From: a virus
Reading direction: 5' to 3' (one strand)
DNA length: 50,237 bases
IMG/VR virus record: IMGVR_UViG_3300018080_000034
Part shown: one piece after another, positions 1-7,683 of the stretch
Layout: the number at the start of each line of letters is the position of its first letter
Numbering within the stretch: position 1 is the first letter of the stretch
Notes under the pieces: model-generated
What the model saw: the letters and a program-made list of their open reading frames with translations, nothing else
What the model was told of the DNA's origin: nothing
The model's database searches: none
Program-made: the position numbers and the translations under genes

Positions 1-118
1 CAAGCCGCCGAAGAAGAAGTAGTCCGTTTACACGCACAGGAGAGAGCTAATGTCCTTTGATCGTGAGTCGTTTGAGAAAGAAGTGGACGCGGCCATTGAG
101 GAAGTAGCCGCCGAGACA
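1..118. repeat. Terminal overlap, copy 1 (identical to 50120-50237)
   Basis: Bases 1-118 match 50120-50237 base for base, read by eye. The repeat spans a stop codon, an RBS and the first 23 codons of the 50..1036 ORF. It is most simply an assembly circularisation overlap; unit genome about 50,119 bp. Confidence 0.95.
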
Positions 119-1036
119 CAAGAGACGCAAGGGGCAGAAGGGGCAGAAGGGGCCAAGGAGACGGAGGAGACGAAGGGGGCCGAAAACACTGCCGAGACAC
201 AAGAGACCAGTGGAGTTTCTGAGACTGATACCAGCGAGACCAGCGATACCAGCGAGACCAGCGATACCAGCGAGACCAGCGATACCAGCGAGACCAGCGA
301 GATCGAGACGGTCACGATCAGCGATGACGCGCTGACTGAGGCTGTCCGCGCTGGTATCCCGCTTGAGCAGGCTCGTCAGTTTTCCTCGGAGGCGGCCCTT
401 CGTGGCGTGACGCAAGCAATCAATGAGGCGCTGGACTTCGGGCGCCAAGAGGACGGCGGGGAAGAGGAATCCAAAGAGGACGACCCATTCGCCACCTTCC
501 CGGCGCTTGATCCTGATAGCGTTGATCCCGAAGTCGCCAAGATACTTGACGCAATAAAGGCGGTTGCGCAAAAGCAGCACGAGGAAATCAAGCAACTCCG
601 TGGCGCACAGGAGGCTGCCACGAAGGCCAGCGGGGATGCCGCGGCGAAAGAGGTAGAAGCGCAGTTCGACAAGCAAGTTGAATCGCTTGGGGATGATTTC
701 TCCGAAGTCCTTGGAGTTGGGTCGTATGCCAGCCTGGCTCCTGGAAGTTCGCAGTTGGCGAATCGTGATAAGATCGCGCAGCAAATGGCTGTAATGTTGG
801 CTGGCTATCAGGCAATGGGCCAAGAGCCGCCTGCTTTCGAGCAGGTCTTTGATACCGCGGCGAAGGTTGTGTTGCACGACCAGTTTGCTTCGTTGCGTGA
901 GCGGCAGTTGTCCAAGAAGCTCGCCGATCGTGCCGGTACGCACGTCAGTCGTGCCAGTGGAAAGAACCAGAAGAGTACCAAAGACCCGTTCGATGAAGCG
1001 GCTGCTGCCTTGGATTCCAAGTATTTCGGGAAGTAG
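50..1036 (+). CDS. Putative scaffolding protein (acidic, low-complexity N-half)
   Basis: 328 aa, very E/D/T/S-rich, with a (DTSETS)n block and an alanine/charged helical-looking C-half. It lies between the portal and the capsid candidate, as in T7/P22-type head modules. AGGAGAG RBS upstream of the ATG. Confidence 0.55.
   Translation: MSFDRESFEKEVDAAIEEVAAETQETQGAEGAEGAKETEETKGAENTAETQETSGVSETDTSETSDTSETSDTSETSDTSETSEIETVTISDDALTEAVRAGIPLEQARQFSSEAALRGVTQAINEALDFGRQEDGGEEESKEDDPFATFPALDPDSVDPEVAKILDAIKAVAQKQHEEIKQLRGAQEAATKASGDAAAKEVEAQFDKQVESLGDDFSEVLGVGSYASLAPGSSQLANRDKIAQQMAVMLAGYQAMGQEPPAFEQVFDTAAKVVLHDQFASLRERQLSKKLADRAGTHVSRASGKNQKSTKDPFDEAAAALDSKYFGK
227..298 (+). repeat. Perfect 4 x 18-bp tandem repeat (gataccagcgagaccagc) inside the scaffold gene
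   Basis: Counted directly: units at 227-244, 245-262, 263-280 and 281-298. Encodes DTSETS x4. Confidence 0.95.
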
Positions 1037-1081
1037 TAGCGGTCATTCGGTCAGGACGGGCGCAACAAGAGGATACGCAAC

Positions 1082-2119
1082 ATGGCAGGAATCCCGTTTT
1101 CTGACATTGACGATGCTGTTCTACTGACGCAGGAAAACCTCGTCAAGAAGGGCGCATTTCTCGATCTCCAAACCGACCTGACCGATCATGTCGCTGTGCG
1201 CGAGATGTGGAAGGACCGCAAGAAGGTTTTTTCCGGTGGTCATCCGTGGGAGTTTGAGGCGCAGATCGACCACAATCATTCCGCGCGTACCGTGGGGATG
1301 TTCGAGACGGACGGTTCGGCGCTCACGGATACGATGATCCAGATGACCGTTCAGCCGCGCCACGTCAACGCGCACTACATCTACGATCAGCGCGAGCCTT
1401 CGTTCCAGCGTGGTGGCGCTGCAATCGTTGACCTGGTGAAGACCCGGTACGTGGGCATGATGGTTTCGCTGTACGAGCTTCTTGAGGGCATCTTGTGGAA
1501 CAAGCCCGACGATGACTCGGATGAGAAGACGCCTTATGGCCTGAAATACTGGGTGACGCGCAATGCCGCCGAGGGTTTCAATGGTGGCGATCCCGATGGC
1601 TTTGCTAGTGGTCGCGCCGGCAAGAAGACCGCCGACTATCCGCGATGGGCTAACTGGACTGCCCAGTATGCCGAGATCACCAAGGAGGATTTGGTACGCA
1701 AGATGCGGCGCGCGCATCGCAAGACCAAGTTTCGCTCTCCGGTTTCCCACGCCCAGCCCGAGCTTGGCAAGATGCGTAATGGCATCTACACCAATGATTC
1801 GGTCCTTGGGATCATGGAGGAGATTCTTGAAGCGCAGAACATGAATCTCGGGAATGATCTTGCCAGCAAGGATGGCAAGACCCTGTTCAAGTCCACGCCG
1901 GTTCTGTATGCGCCTTACCTCGATGACGACGCGCAGAATCCGATCTACATGCTGGATTGGAAGTGGCTCGCCATCGGCGTCCTGGCTGGCTGGGAGAACA
2001 ACCTGACCAAGCCGTACATGGTGCCCAACAAGCACCTGGTTCGGCGGGTCGATCTTGACGCCACGCTACAGATGGTCTGCACGAATCTTCGGAGGCAGGC
2101 CGTTATCGCCACTGCGTAA
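1082..2119 (+). CDS. Putative major capsid protein
   Basis: 345 aa ORF immediately after the scaffold candidate, with a purine-rich RBS (aagagga). Size and position are typical of a podoviral HK97-fold coat protein. No motif can be verified by eye. Confidence 0.55.
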   Translation: MAGIPFSDIDDAVLLTQENLVKKGAFLDLQTDLTDHVAVREMWKDRKKVFSGGHPWEFEAQIDHNHSARTVGMFETDGSALTDTMIQMTVQPRHVNAHYIYDQREPSFQRGGAAIVDLVKTRYVGMMVSLYELLEGILWNKPDDDSDEKTPYGLKYWVTRNAAEGFNGGDPDGFASGRAGKKTADYPRWANWTAQYAEITKEDLVRKMRRAHRKTKFRSPVSHAQPELGKMRNGIYTNDSVLGIMEEILEAQNMNLGNDLASKDGKTLFKSTPVLYAPYLDDDAQNPIYMLDWKWLAIGVLAGWENNLTKPYMVPNKHLVRRVDLDATLQMVCTNLRRQAVIATA

Positions 2120-2167
2120 GCGCGGCGCTGACATACGAATCGGTCACTTTCACAAACGAGGATAGAC

Positions 2168-2959
2168 ATGAACTTTTCGATTGACGGTCACTTGAAGCAG
2201 GCCCCGGTGCGTGTCGCGTGGGTCTGGTTTGAGGGCGCAACGGCCCTAAGCGAGGGCCAGGGCGTGTGCTACAATTACGACTACGGCACGGACTCTGTTG
2301 CGGATGGTCGTCGTGGCACTCGTGTCGAGCTTCCGTCCACGACCAATGCGCGGTACTTTGCCGGCGTGGCTGCGCGCGATTACTCGGCGGTGTCCACTGG
2401 GCAGATGATTGAGATTTATCTACCCGGCTCGATCTGTAACGTGCTGGCGAAGGCGAACTGCGACTTCGACGCCGGCCTCATTACCTGCGAGGCGGGCGGC
2501 ACCTACGCCGGCTACTTCCGCTACGCGGGCTTCGAGGGCGAAGGCTCGGCCGTTCCGCTGCAAGACGTGGACCGCTCTGGGACGGCCGGCAAGGTGCTCG
2601 CCAAGCTCCAAGAGGGCTTGCCGAGCGGCCTGGTCGAGAACGTCACGGTTGTGGACGATGACGCCATTACGCCGATGGTCGGCGGCGTGACGTACCTCAC
2701 CGGCGCTGACATTACCACCGGCCATTGCACGGCAGCGCTTGCTGACGCGGTGTACGAGGGACTTCGCAAGAAGTTCTATGTTCTCACTGAGATCGGGACG
2801 AACGATTTGGTTGTCACGCCAGACACGGCCGGCATCCAGTTGGATGGCTCATCCGCATTGGCGTCGTTTTCTCTCGATTCCGCGGACGAGGAAATCACCC
2901 TAGAGTCGTGTAGCGGCATTTGGGTGACTCGCGGATTGACTGGCGCGACCGAGGCGTAA
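2168..2959 (+). CDS. Head-module protein of unknown function (possible decoration/cement protein)
   Basis: 263 aa, directly after the capsid candidate and before a strong hairpin. Gly/Ala/Val-rich and looks beta-rich. The function is only a positional guess. Confidence 0.4.
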   Translation: MNFSIDGHLKQAPVRVAWVWFEGATALSEGQGVCYNYDYGTDSVADGRRGTRVELPSTTNARYFAGVAARDYSAVSTGQMIEIYLPGSICNVLAKANCDFDAGLITCEAGGTYAGYFRYAGFEGEGSAVPLQDVDRSGTAGKVLAKLQEGLPSGLVENVTVVDDDAITPMVGGVTYLTGADITTGHCTAALADAVYEGLRKKFYVLTEIGTNDLVVTPDTAGIQLDGSSALASFSLDSADEEITLESCSGIWVTRGLTGATEA

Positions 2960-2980
2960 TTAACGCCCGGCCCGGGTCTA

Positions 2981-3022
2981 GCCGCCGGTAGGGTGCCTCG
3001 CGCTCTCTCCCCTACCGGCGGC
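2981..3022 (+). terminator. Hairpin (13-bp perfect stem) after the capsid block; possible terminator/attenuator
   Basis: gccgccggtaggg (2981-2993) pairs with ccctaccggcggc (3010-3022), followed by acactctttcc, a weak T tract. It sits in the 89-nt gap after the 2168..2959 ORF. Confidence 0.45.
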
Positions 3023-3048
3023 ACACTCTTTCCTGAAAGCTCAGCGCT

Positions 3049-3840
3049 ATGGCCGAGTCGAGCCTATCCATTGGGGTTGCTGATCTCCGGGAGGAGGTCG
3101 GTTTTTTCCTCGGATACGGCAGTGCGTCCGGAAGCTGGTCGGCCGCGCAGCTTGCGGAGATCAACAAAGTCGTCAAGAGTGGGGTGCGTCGCGTCTACTA
3201 TCCGCCGGCCGTGTCGCCGGAGACGACTGGCTATGAGTGGTCGTTCCTCCGTCCGTGGACGACCCTTGCGCTCGTGGCCGACGATTACGACTATGATCTC
3301 CCCGACGACTTCGGGCGGCTACTGGGGCAATTCCACTATGATAAGGAAATCTACCTTCACTCCATAGCGGAAATCTCCACTGCGCAACTCTTGGAATTGC
3401 GCGCTAACTCTTACGTAAGTGGCGATCCTGAGTTTTGTTCAGTGCGCTACAAAAGCTCCGATGGCTCCGAGGGGCAGCGCCACGAGGTACTGTTCTTCCC
3501 GGTCCCGAGCACTGACCGCACGCTGCACTATCAATACGAGGCATATCAGGGTGAATTGACGGATGATTACCCTTATCCCCTCGGCGGGATGCAGCTTGCG
3601 GAATTGTATATCGAAAGTTGCCTGGCCGTCGCCGAACAGCGGCCAGATGATGCGCCTGGATTGCATAGCCAGATGTTCGAGCGCCTGCTGATTGATGCCG
3701 TGATGCGCGATCGGAAACGTGGTGGTGCCTATTTCGGCCAGATGGGCGATGCCTACGTGACCGAGGATGCAACGTGGCGCCGGGGGCAGAAACTCCGTGA
3801 CGGCACGTATGAGATTACTTACGGCGGGGGCTATTTGTAA
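3049..3840 (+). CDS. Structural-module protein (possible head-tail adaptor)
   Basis: 263 aa ORF in the same-strand late operon. Its stop overlaps the next start (taATG). The role is inferred from position only. Confidence 0.35.
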   Translation: MAESSLSIGVADLREEVGFFLGYGSASGSWSAAQLAEINKVVKSGVRRVYYPPAVSPETTGYEWSFLRPWTTLALVADDYDYDLPDDFGRLLGQFHYDKEIYLHSIAEISTAQLLELRANSYVSGDPEFCSVRYKSSDGSEGQRHEVLFFPVPSTDRTLHYQYEAYQGELTDDYPYPLGGMQLAELYIESCLAVAEQRPDDAPGLHSQMFERLLIDAVMRDRKRGGAYFGQMGDAYVTEDATWRRGQKLRDGTYEITYGGGYL

Positions 3841-4070
3841 TGCCGAAGCAAGCAGAGGCCGAGCGCCTAGCTGAGCGGCGGCGCGTCGATGAGTACATGC
3901 GGCGGAAACAGGCTGGTCGTGCGACCTACGCCAAGAAGACGGCGCCGCCGCCCAAGAAGCCTACGCATAGTGACGTTGCGAGAAAACGCCGTGAAGCGAT
4001 TGTTAAGAAAACCGCGCCCTCGGGTTTCCGGGCTTTGCTCGCGGCCTTGGGGATGGACATAGAGGAGTAA
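3840..4070 (+). CDS. Small basic Lys/Arg-rich protein
   Basis: 76 aa with repeated KKTAP motifs. The ATG overlaps the upstream TAA. Confidence 0.5.
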   Translation: MPKQAEAERLAERRRVDEYMRRKQAGRATYAKKTAPPPKKPTHSDVARKRREAIVKKTAPSGFRALLAALGMDIEE

Positions 4071-4072
4071 CC

Positions 4073-4378
4073 ATGTCTGCTAGTGCTTTTACGCATACCG
4101 GGGATTCCTCGTCGGAGCAAGTGCTTGCTGCTGACGAGCACCGTGATTTCGTCACGTTGCAACTCCAGAACGCCAATGCTGCTTTTCTGGCGTTCGGCGA
4201 AGCGGCAGCAAATAACACGGGAATCAAGCTCTTCAATGCGCAGGATTCTGTTCGTGTCAAGGGTGCCAAGGCTCGCGGCGTGATTAACGCCTTCTCGGCT
4301 GGCGCAGCGGTAATCGGGATCGAGACAACCGAGGATGTTGAGTATCGCCCCGGCCCGGATACTTACGGCAAGCAGTAG
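4073..4378 (+). CDS. Hypothetical virion-module protein
   Basis: 101 aa. GGAG RBS (gaggagtaaccATG), 2 nt after the upstream stop. Confidence 0.5.
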   Translation: MSASAFTHTGDSSSEQVLAADEHRDFVTLQLQNANAAFLAFGEAAANNTGIKLFNAQDSVRVKGAKARGVINAFSAGAAVIGIETTEDVEYRPGPDTYGKQ

Positions 4379-4422
4379 CGCTACTACACACTTTCGATTT
4401 CTACTTCCACCGGAGACAAGAA

Positions 4423-5340
4423 ATGCTGTCAAGAATTGCCTCGTTGCTGCGTATGTCGCCTGCTGCCCCGGAGAATCCGGGCTTGCTGTTTGCCCACGGG
4501 GACACGGTGCCCACGAATGGCACGTCCGGCTATTTGCCCGGCTGCATCTTTCAGCATATCGACGGCGGCGCCGGTGCTGTGCTGTACGTCAACGAGGGTA
4601 CGTACTCTTCGTGCGACTTCAACCTACTGGAAAGCACGTCAGGTAACATGTCAGTGGATGGCAATCTAACTGTCAGTGGCGCTTCTGGGGTTGAGGTTGA
4701 TAACGCCACGCCCACCAAGGTCTTGAAAGGCGGTAGCTACTCTTCGATGCTTACGCATCAGGGGAGCACGCTGGTGGATATTGCTGCTGAAGGCGCCAGC
4801 GATGGTTGGTACATCGCATACGCGGCCTACATTCGAGCCACGGCCGAAGACGCCAAGCCGTTTGGCTACACCGTGACGATGGAGACCACTGACACGACTG
4901 GCATCGATCGGATGCAGGCGGGCCAGTTTATCTCCCTCCTCGGCACTTCTGGAGGTTCGGAGTCCGCGAATCTAAAGACTCGCGGCGGCGACCCGACCGC
5001 TGGTATGTTCGCAACGTGGCATAAGGTTGGTGGTAACGCCAATGCGAGCGCTGCTGCGGGCTCGCTGATTGCCGCTGCGTGGATTGACAACCAGTGCTCA
5101 TTCACTCCGGGTGGTGAGGAGTACGGCATTTTCGCCACGACTGGCGGTAGCGTGCCCGATGCCTTTATTGGCTTCGAGACTAGTTCATCTGGTTACGCTC
5201 AGCTTTTCTATTTCGACGAGACGTTCGATAGCGGCGCTGGTACGTGCGTCGAGACTTCCGCCGTGCCTGCTACCCAGGATGCGCGGATCAAGGTTTGGTA
5301 CGACGGCAAGCAGTATTACCTGCCGCTTTACTCCGAATAG
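4423..5340 (+). CDS. Structural protein, at the position of the T7 gp11-type tail tubular A protein (gatekeeper)
   Basis: 305 aa ORF immediately upstream of the 777-aa nozzle-like ORF. RBS ggagacaagaaATG. The function is positional only. Confidence 0.35.
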   Translation: MLSRIASLLRMSPAAPENPGLLFAHGDTVPTNGTSGYLPGCIFQHIDGGAGAVLYVNEGTYSSCDFNLLESTSGNMSVDGNLTVSGASGVEVDNATPTKVLKGGSYSSMLTHQGSTLVDIAAEGASDGWYIAYAAYIRATAEDAKPFGYTVTMETTDTTGIDRMQAGQFISLLGTSGGSESANLKTRGGDPTAGMFATWHKVGGNANASAAAGSLIAAAWIDNQCSFTPGGEEYGIFATTGGSVPDAFIGFETSSSGYAQLFYFDETFDSGAGTCVETSAVPATQDARIKVWYDGKQYYLPLYSE

Positions 5341-5349
5341 GAAGACGCC

Positions 5350-7683
5350 GTGGCGAAGAAGCGCCAAATAGCCATTCAATTCCCGCTCGCGGGATTGAAT
5401 CGGCAGGCGGCGTACAGGCAGCAACGGCCATTCTCAAGCCAGGATTTGCTCAATGTGCGCCCCGAGTCCACTGCGGAGGGCCGCGAGCGTGGAGGGTCTA
5501 GGCCCGGCTTGGTGGAGTCTCACCGCGATGATCTTGGCGATGAAGTACGTCTCCTTGCGCCAATGACTTTGGCGCTCGGGGATAACTTCACAGCTTGGTC
5601 CGACACTTTCTCCGGCTCCTCTATGGCCGAAGCGTGGACTCAGGCTTCTTGGTCTGACGATGTACCGTCCATTCTTCCGTCAGCACTAGCTAGCATCGAC
5701 GATAGTGTCAGCGATGCCGCGGTGGTACTCGACGCGCTAAACATTGACACGACCGAGAACTACGTCGTGGAAATGTTCTTGGTGCCGTGGGATGGTGCCT
5801 GGCATGGCACATACCGGCTCTATCTGCGCCTCGATGACACCACGCCAGATATTACCACAGATGGCGTGCTGATCGAGTTGACTATGACGGGCACGGATGG
5901 CGCGTATAGCGCATCGTTGCTGTCATACGATGGCGCAGTCGAGACAGAAGTTGACACAGCGGATGACACGCTCGGTTCGGCTAAGCCAGGCTGGCTTAGC
6001 GTAACTGTTAGCGGTGATGACGTTACGGTGTACTGGGGCGGCAGTGCAATCCTGTCAGGCACGGTGGATGCGCATACGGGCACCCGTGTAGGATTCGGGT
6101 TGGAGTGCTCCGTAGATGGTGGCTTGTGCCTTGCCAATGTCTTTCGGGTCCAATACTATTCGGCCAGCGAAATCTCCGGTTCCCGGTCAATGTTGGTTGC
6201 ATCCGCGGACGGCAACTTGTACCGGGAGACGTACTATGGCCGCATGGAGGCCGTCACTACGGACCTGTCGCTCAGTAGTGACCATGCGCTCTCGGCGGCT
6301 CAGAGCGGGCAGCAACTCTACATCGCAGACTACGGCGCCGCCAAGGCCACTGGCACGGATGGTGTTGTCTCTGGGGCGGAGTTAGACTCCGCAACGTATG
6401 ACGATTGGACTGCATTAGGGATCAGCGCTCACGATGATGTAGTAGTCATCTCGAATGTAACTGGCGACACCGTAGCTGGTACTTACGCAATTGACTCTAT
6501 TGCTGCCGGGGCCATTACCTTGACGGCCGCGCCCGGCGACGGAACATGCTCATTCCGCATCGAGCGCGGGCCAAAGGTGTACGACCCTTCGGCAGGTACG
6601 CTCTCGCCCTGGACGGCCACTGCTGGGCAAGTCCCCACTGGATGTCCGCTGATTGCGAGGCACCTTGATAGGCTCTTCGTAGGTGGTGCGGACATTGCTC
6701 CGCATGTTTGGTATGCCTCGCGGCAAGGCACGGAGACGGATTTTGATTACGCGCAGACGGATTCGCAGCGCGCCGTTGCCGGGACCGCCAGTGAGGCTGG
6801 GGTGCCCGGCGAGCCGTTGACGGCTCTGGTGCCGCATAGCGATGATTATCTTATCATGGCTTGCCACAACTCCCTGTGGATATTGCGCGGCGATCCGGCT
6901 TACGGCGGGTCGCTAGATGCCGTCAGCCGCACGGTCGGAATGATTGGAAAAGACGCCTGGTGCTTGGGGCCATCGGGCGAGTTGATCTTCTTGTCGCTAG
7001 ATGGACTCTATATCCTGCCGGCTGGCGGTAGCTCGTTCCCGATCTCGATTTCTCGCGAGATTTTGCCGCGAGAGTTCTTGAATCTCGATCCGAACGCCGT
7101 TACGGCATCCCTGGAATATGACACGCAAGGGCGCGGCGTGCATATTTTCCTGACGCCGGATTCGAGCAACGCGAGAATCCATTGGTGGTTAGACTGGGAT
7201 ACAAAGACATTCTGGCCGGTGTCGCTATCCGCCACGCACGAACCAACTGTCACTTGCGCTTATCAGGCCGTGGCAATAGAAGATAGCGCTGTGATTCTTG
7301 GGTGCCGCGACGGGATGCTGCGGCGATTCTCTGATCTGGCCGCTAATGATTGCGGTACGGCCTATTCGTCCTATGCTGTCTTGGGGCCAATCGCGCTGGC
7401 GCCAGATGCGTATGTTGGTCGTGTGGTGTCGATGGATGCTGTCATGGCTGAGGATTGCGGCCCTGTTACCTGGACGCTGCATCCGGCCTTGACATTCGAG
7501 GGGGCGCACGCTGCGGGTGCCTCGGATACCGGCTCCTGGGCCGAAGGACTGAACGCCACGGTTCGGCCGGCATGTCGTGGGCAAGCGTTCACGTTGAAAT
7601 TAACCGGAGCGGATCATCGCTGGTGGGCGGTCGAACAGATCGTGGCAACGATTGAGGCCGTGGGCGTGAGGAGGATAGCGTAG
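5350..7683 (+). CDS. Putative tail tubular B / nozzle-like protein
   Basis: 777 aa with a GTG start. The size and position match T7 gp12 (794 aa). The segment LIMACHNSLWILRGDPAYGGSLDAVSRTVGMIGKDAWCLGPSGELIFLS loosely resembles a gp12-type segment recalled from memory (not aligned). Confidence 0.45.
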   Translation: MAKKRQIAIQFPLAGLNRQAAYRQQRPFSSQDLLNVRPESTAEGRERGGSRPGLVESHRDDLGDEVRLLAPMTLALGDNFTAWSDTFSGSSMAEAWTQASWSDDVPSILPSALASIDDSVSDAAVVLDALNIDTTENYVVEMFLVPWDGAWHGTYRLYLRLDDTTPDITTDGVLIELTMTGTDGAYSASLLSYDGAVETEVDTADDTLGSAKPGWLSVTVSGDDVTVYWGGSAILSGTVDAHTGTRVGFGLECSVDGGLCLANVFRVQYYSASEISGSRSMLVASADGNLYRETYYGRMEAVTTDLSLSSDHALSAAQSGQQLYIADYGAAKATGTDGVVSGAELDSATYDDWTALGISAHDDVVVISNVTGDTVAGTYAIDSIAAGAITLTAAPGDGTCSFRIERGPKVYDPSAGTLSPWTATAGQVPTGCPLIARHLDRLFVGGADIAPHVWYASRQGTETDFDYAQTDSQRAVAGTASEAGVPGEPLTALVPHSDDYLIMACHNSLWILRGDPAYGGSLDAVSRTVGMIGKDAWCLGPSGELIFLSLDGLYILPAGGSSFPISISREILPREFLNLDPNAVTASLEYDTQGRGVHIFLTPDSSNARIHWWLDWDTKTFWPVSLSATHEPTVTCAYQAVAIEDSAVILGCRDGMLRRFSDLAANDCGTAYSSYAVLGPIALAPDAYVGRVVSMDAVMAEDCGPVTWTLHPALTFEGAHAAGASDTGSWAEGLNATVRPACRGQAFTLKLTGADHRWWAVEQIVATIEAVGVRRIA

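Noticed and set aside
1-118. Interpreting the 118-bp end duplication as a genuine direct terminal repeat (T7-style).
   Set aside because: The repeat cuts through two ORFs and an RBS, and the genome has a HTH-type terS candidate and an integrase. An assembly overlap of a circular or permuted genome is more parsimonious. This cannot be excluded without reads.
28-315. Minus-strand track ORF (95 aa, SLVSLVSLV...) and many other long antisense ORFs. Examples: 1121..2035, 10397..11152, 13840..14394, 14400..15125, 15888..16625, 17207..17947, 20403..20915, 20728..21327, 30569..31123, 47127..47717.
   Set aside because: They lie antisense to, or out of frame within, much longer motif-bearing ORFs. They have Arg/Gly/Pro/Ser-biased, non-protein-like composition, which is typical of GC-rich shadow frames, and they lack an RBS. 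The first is simply the complement of the scaffold tandem repeat.
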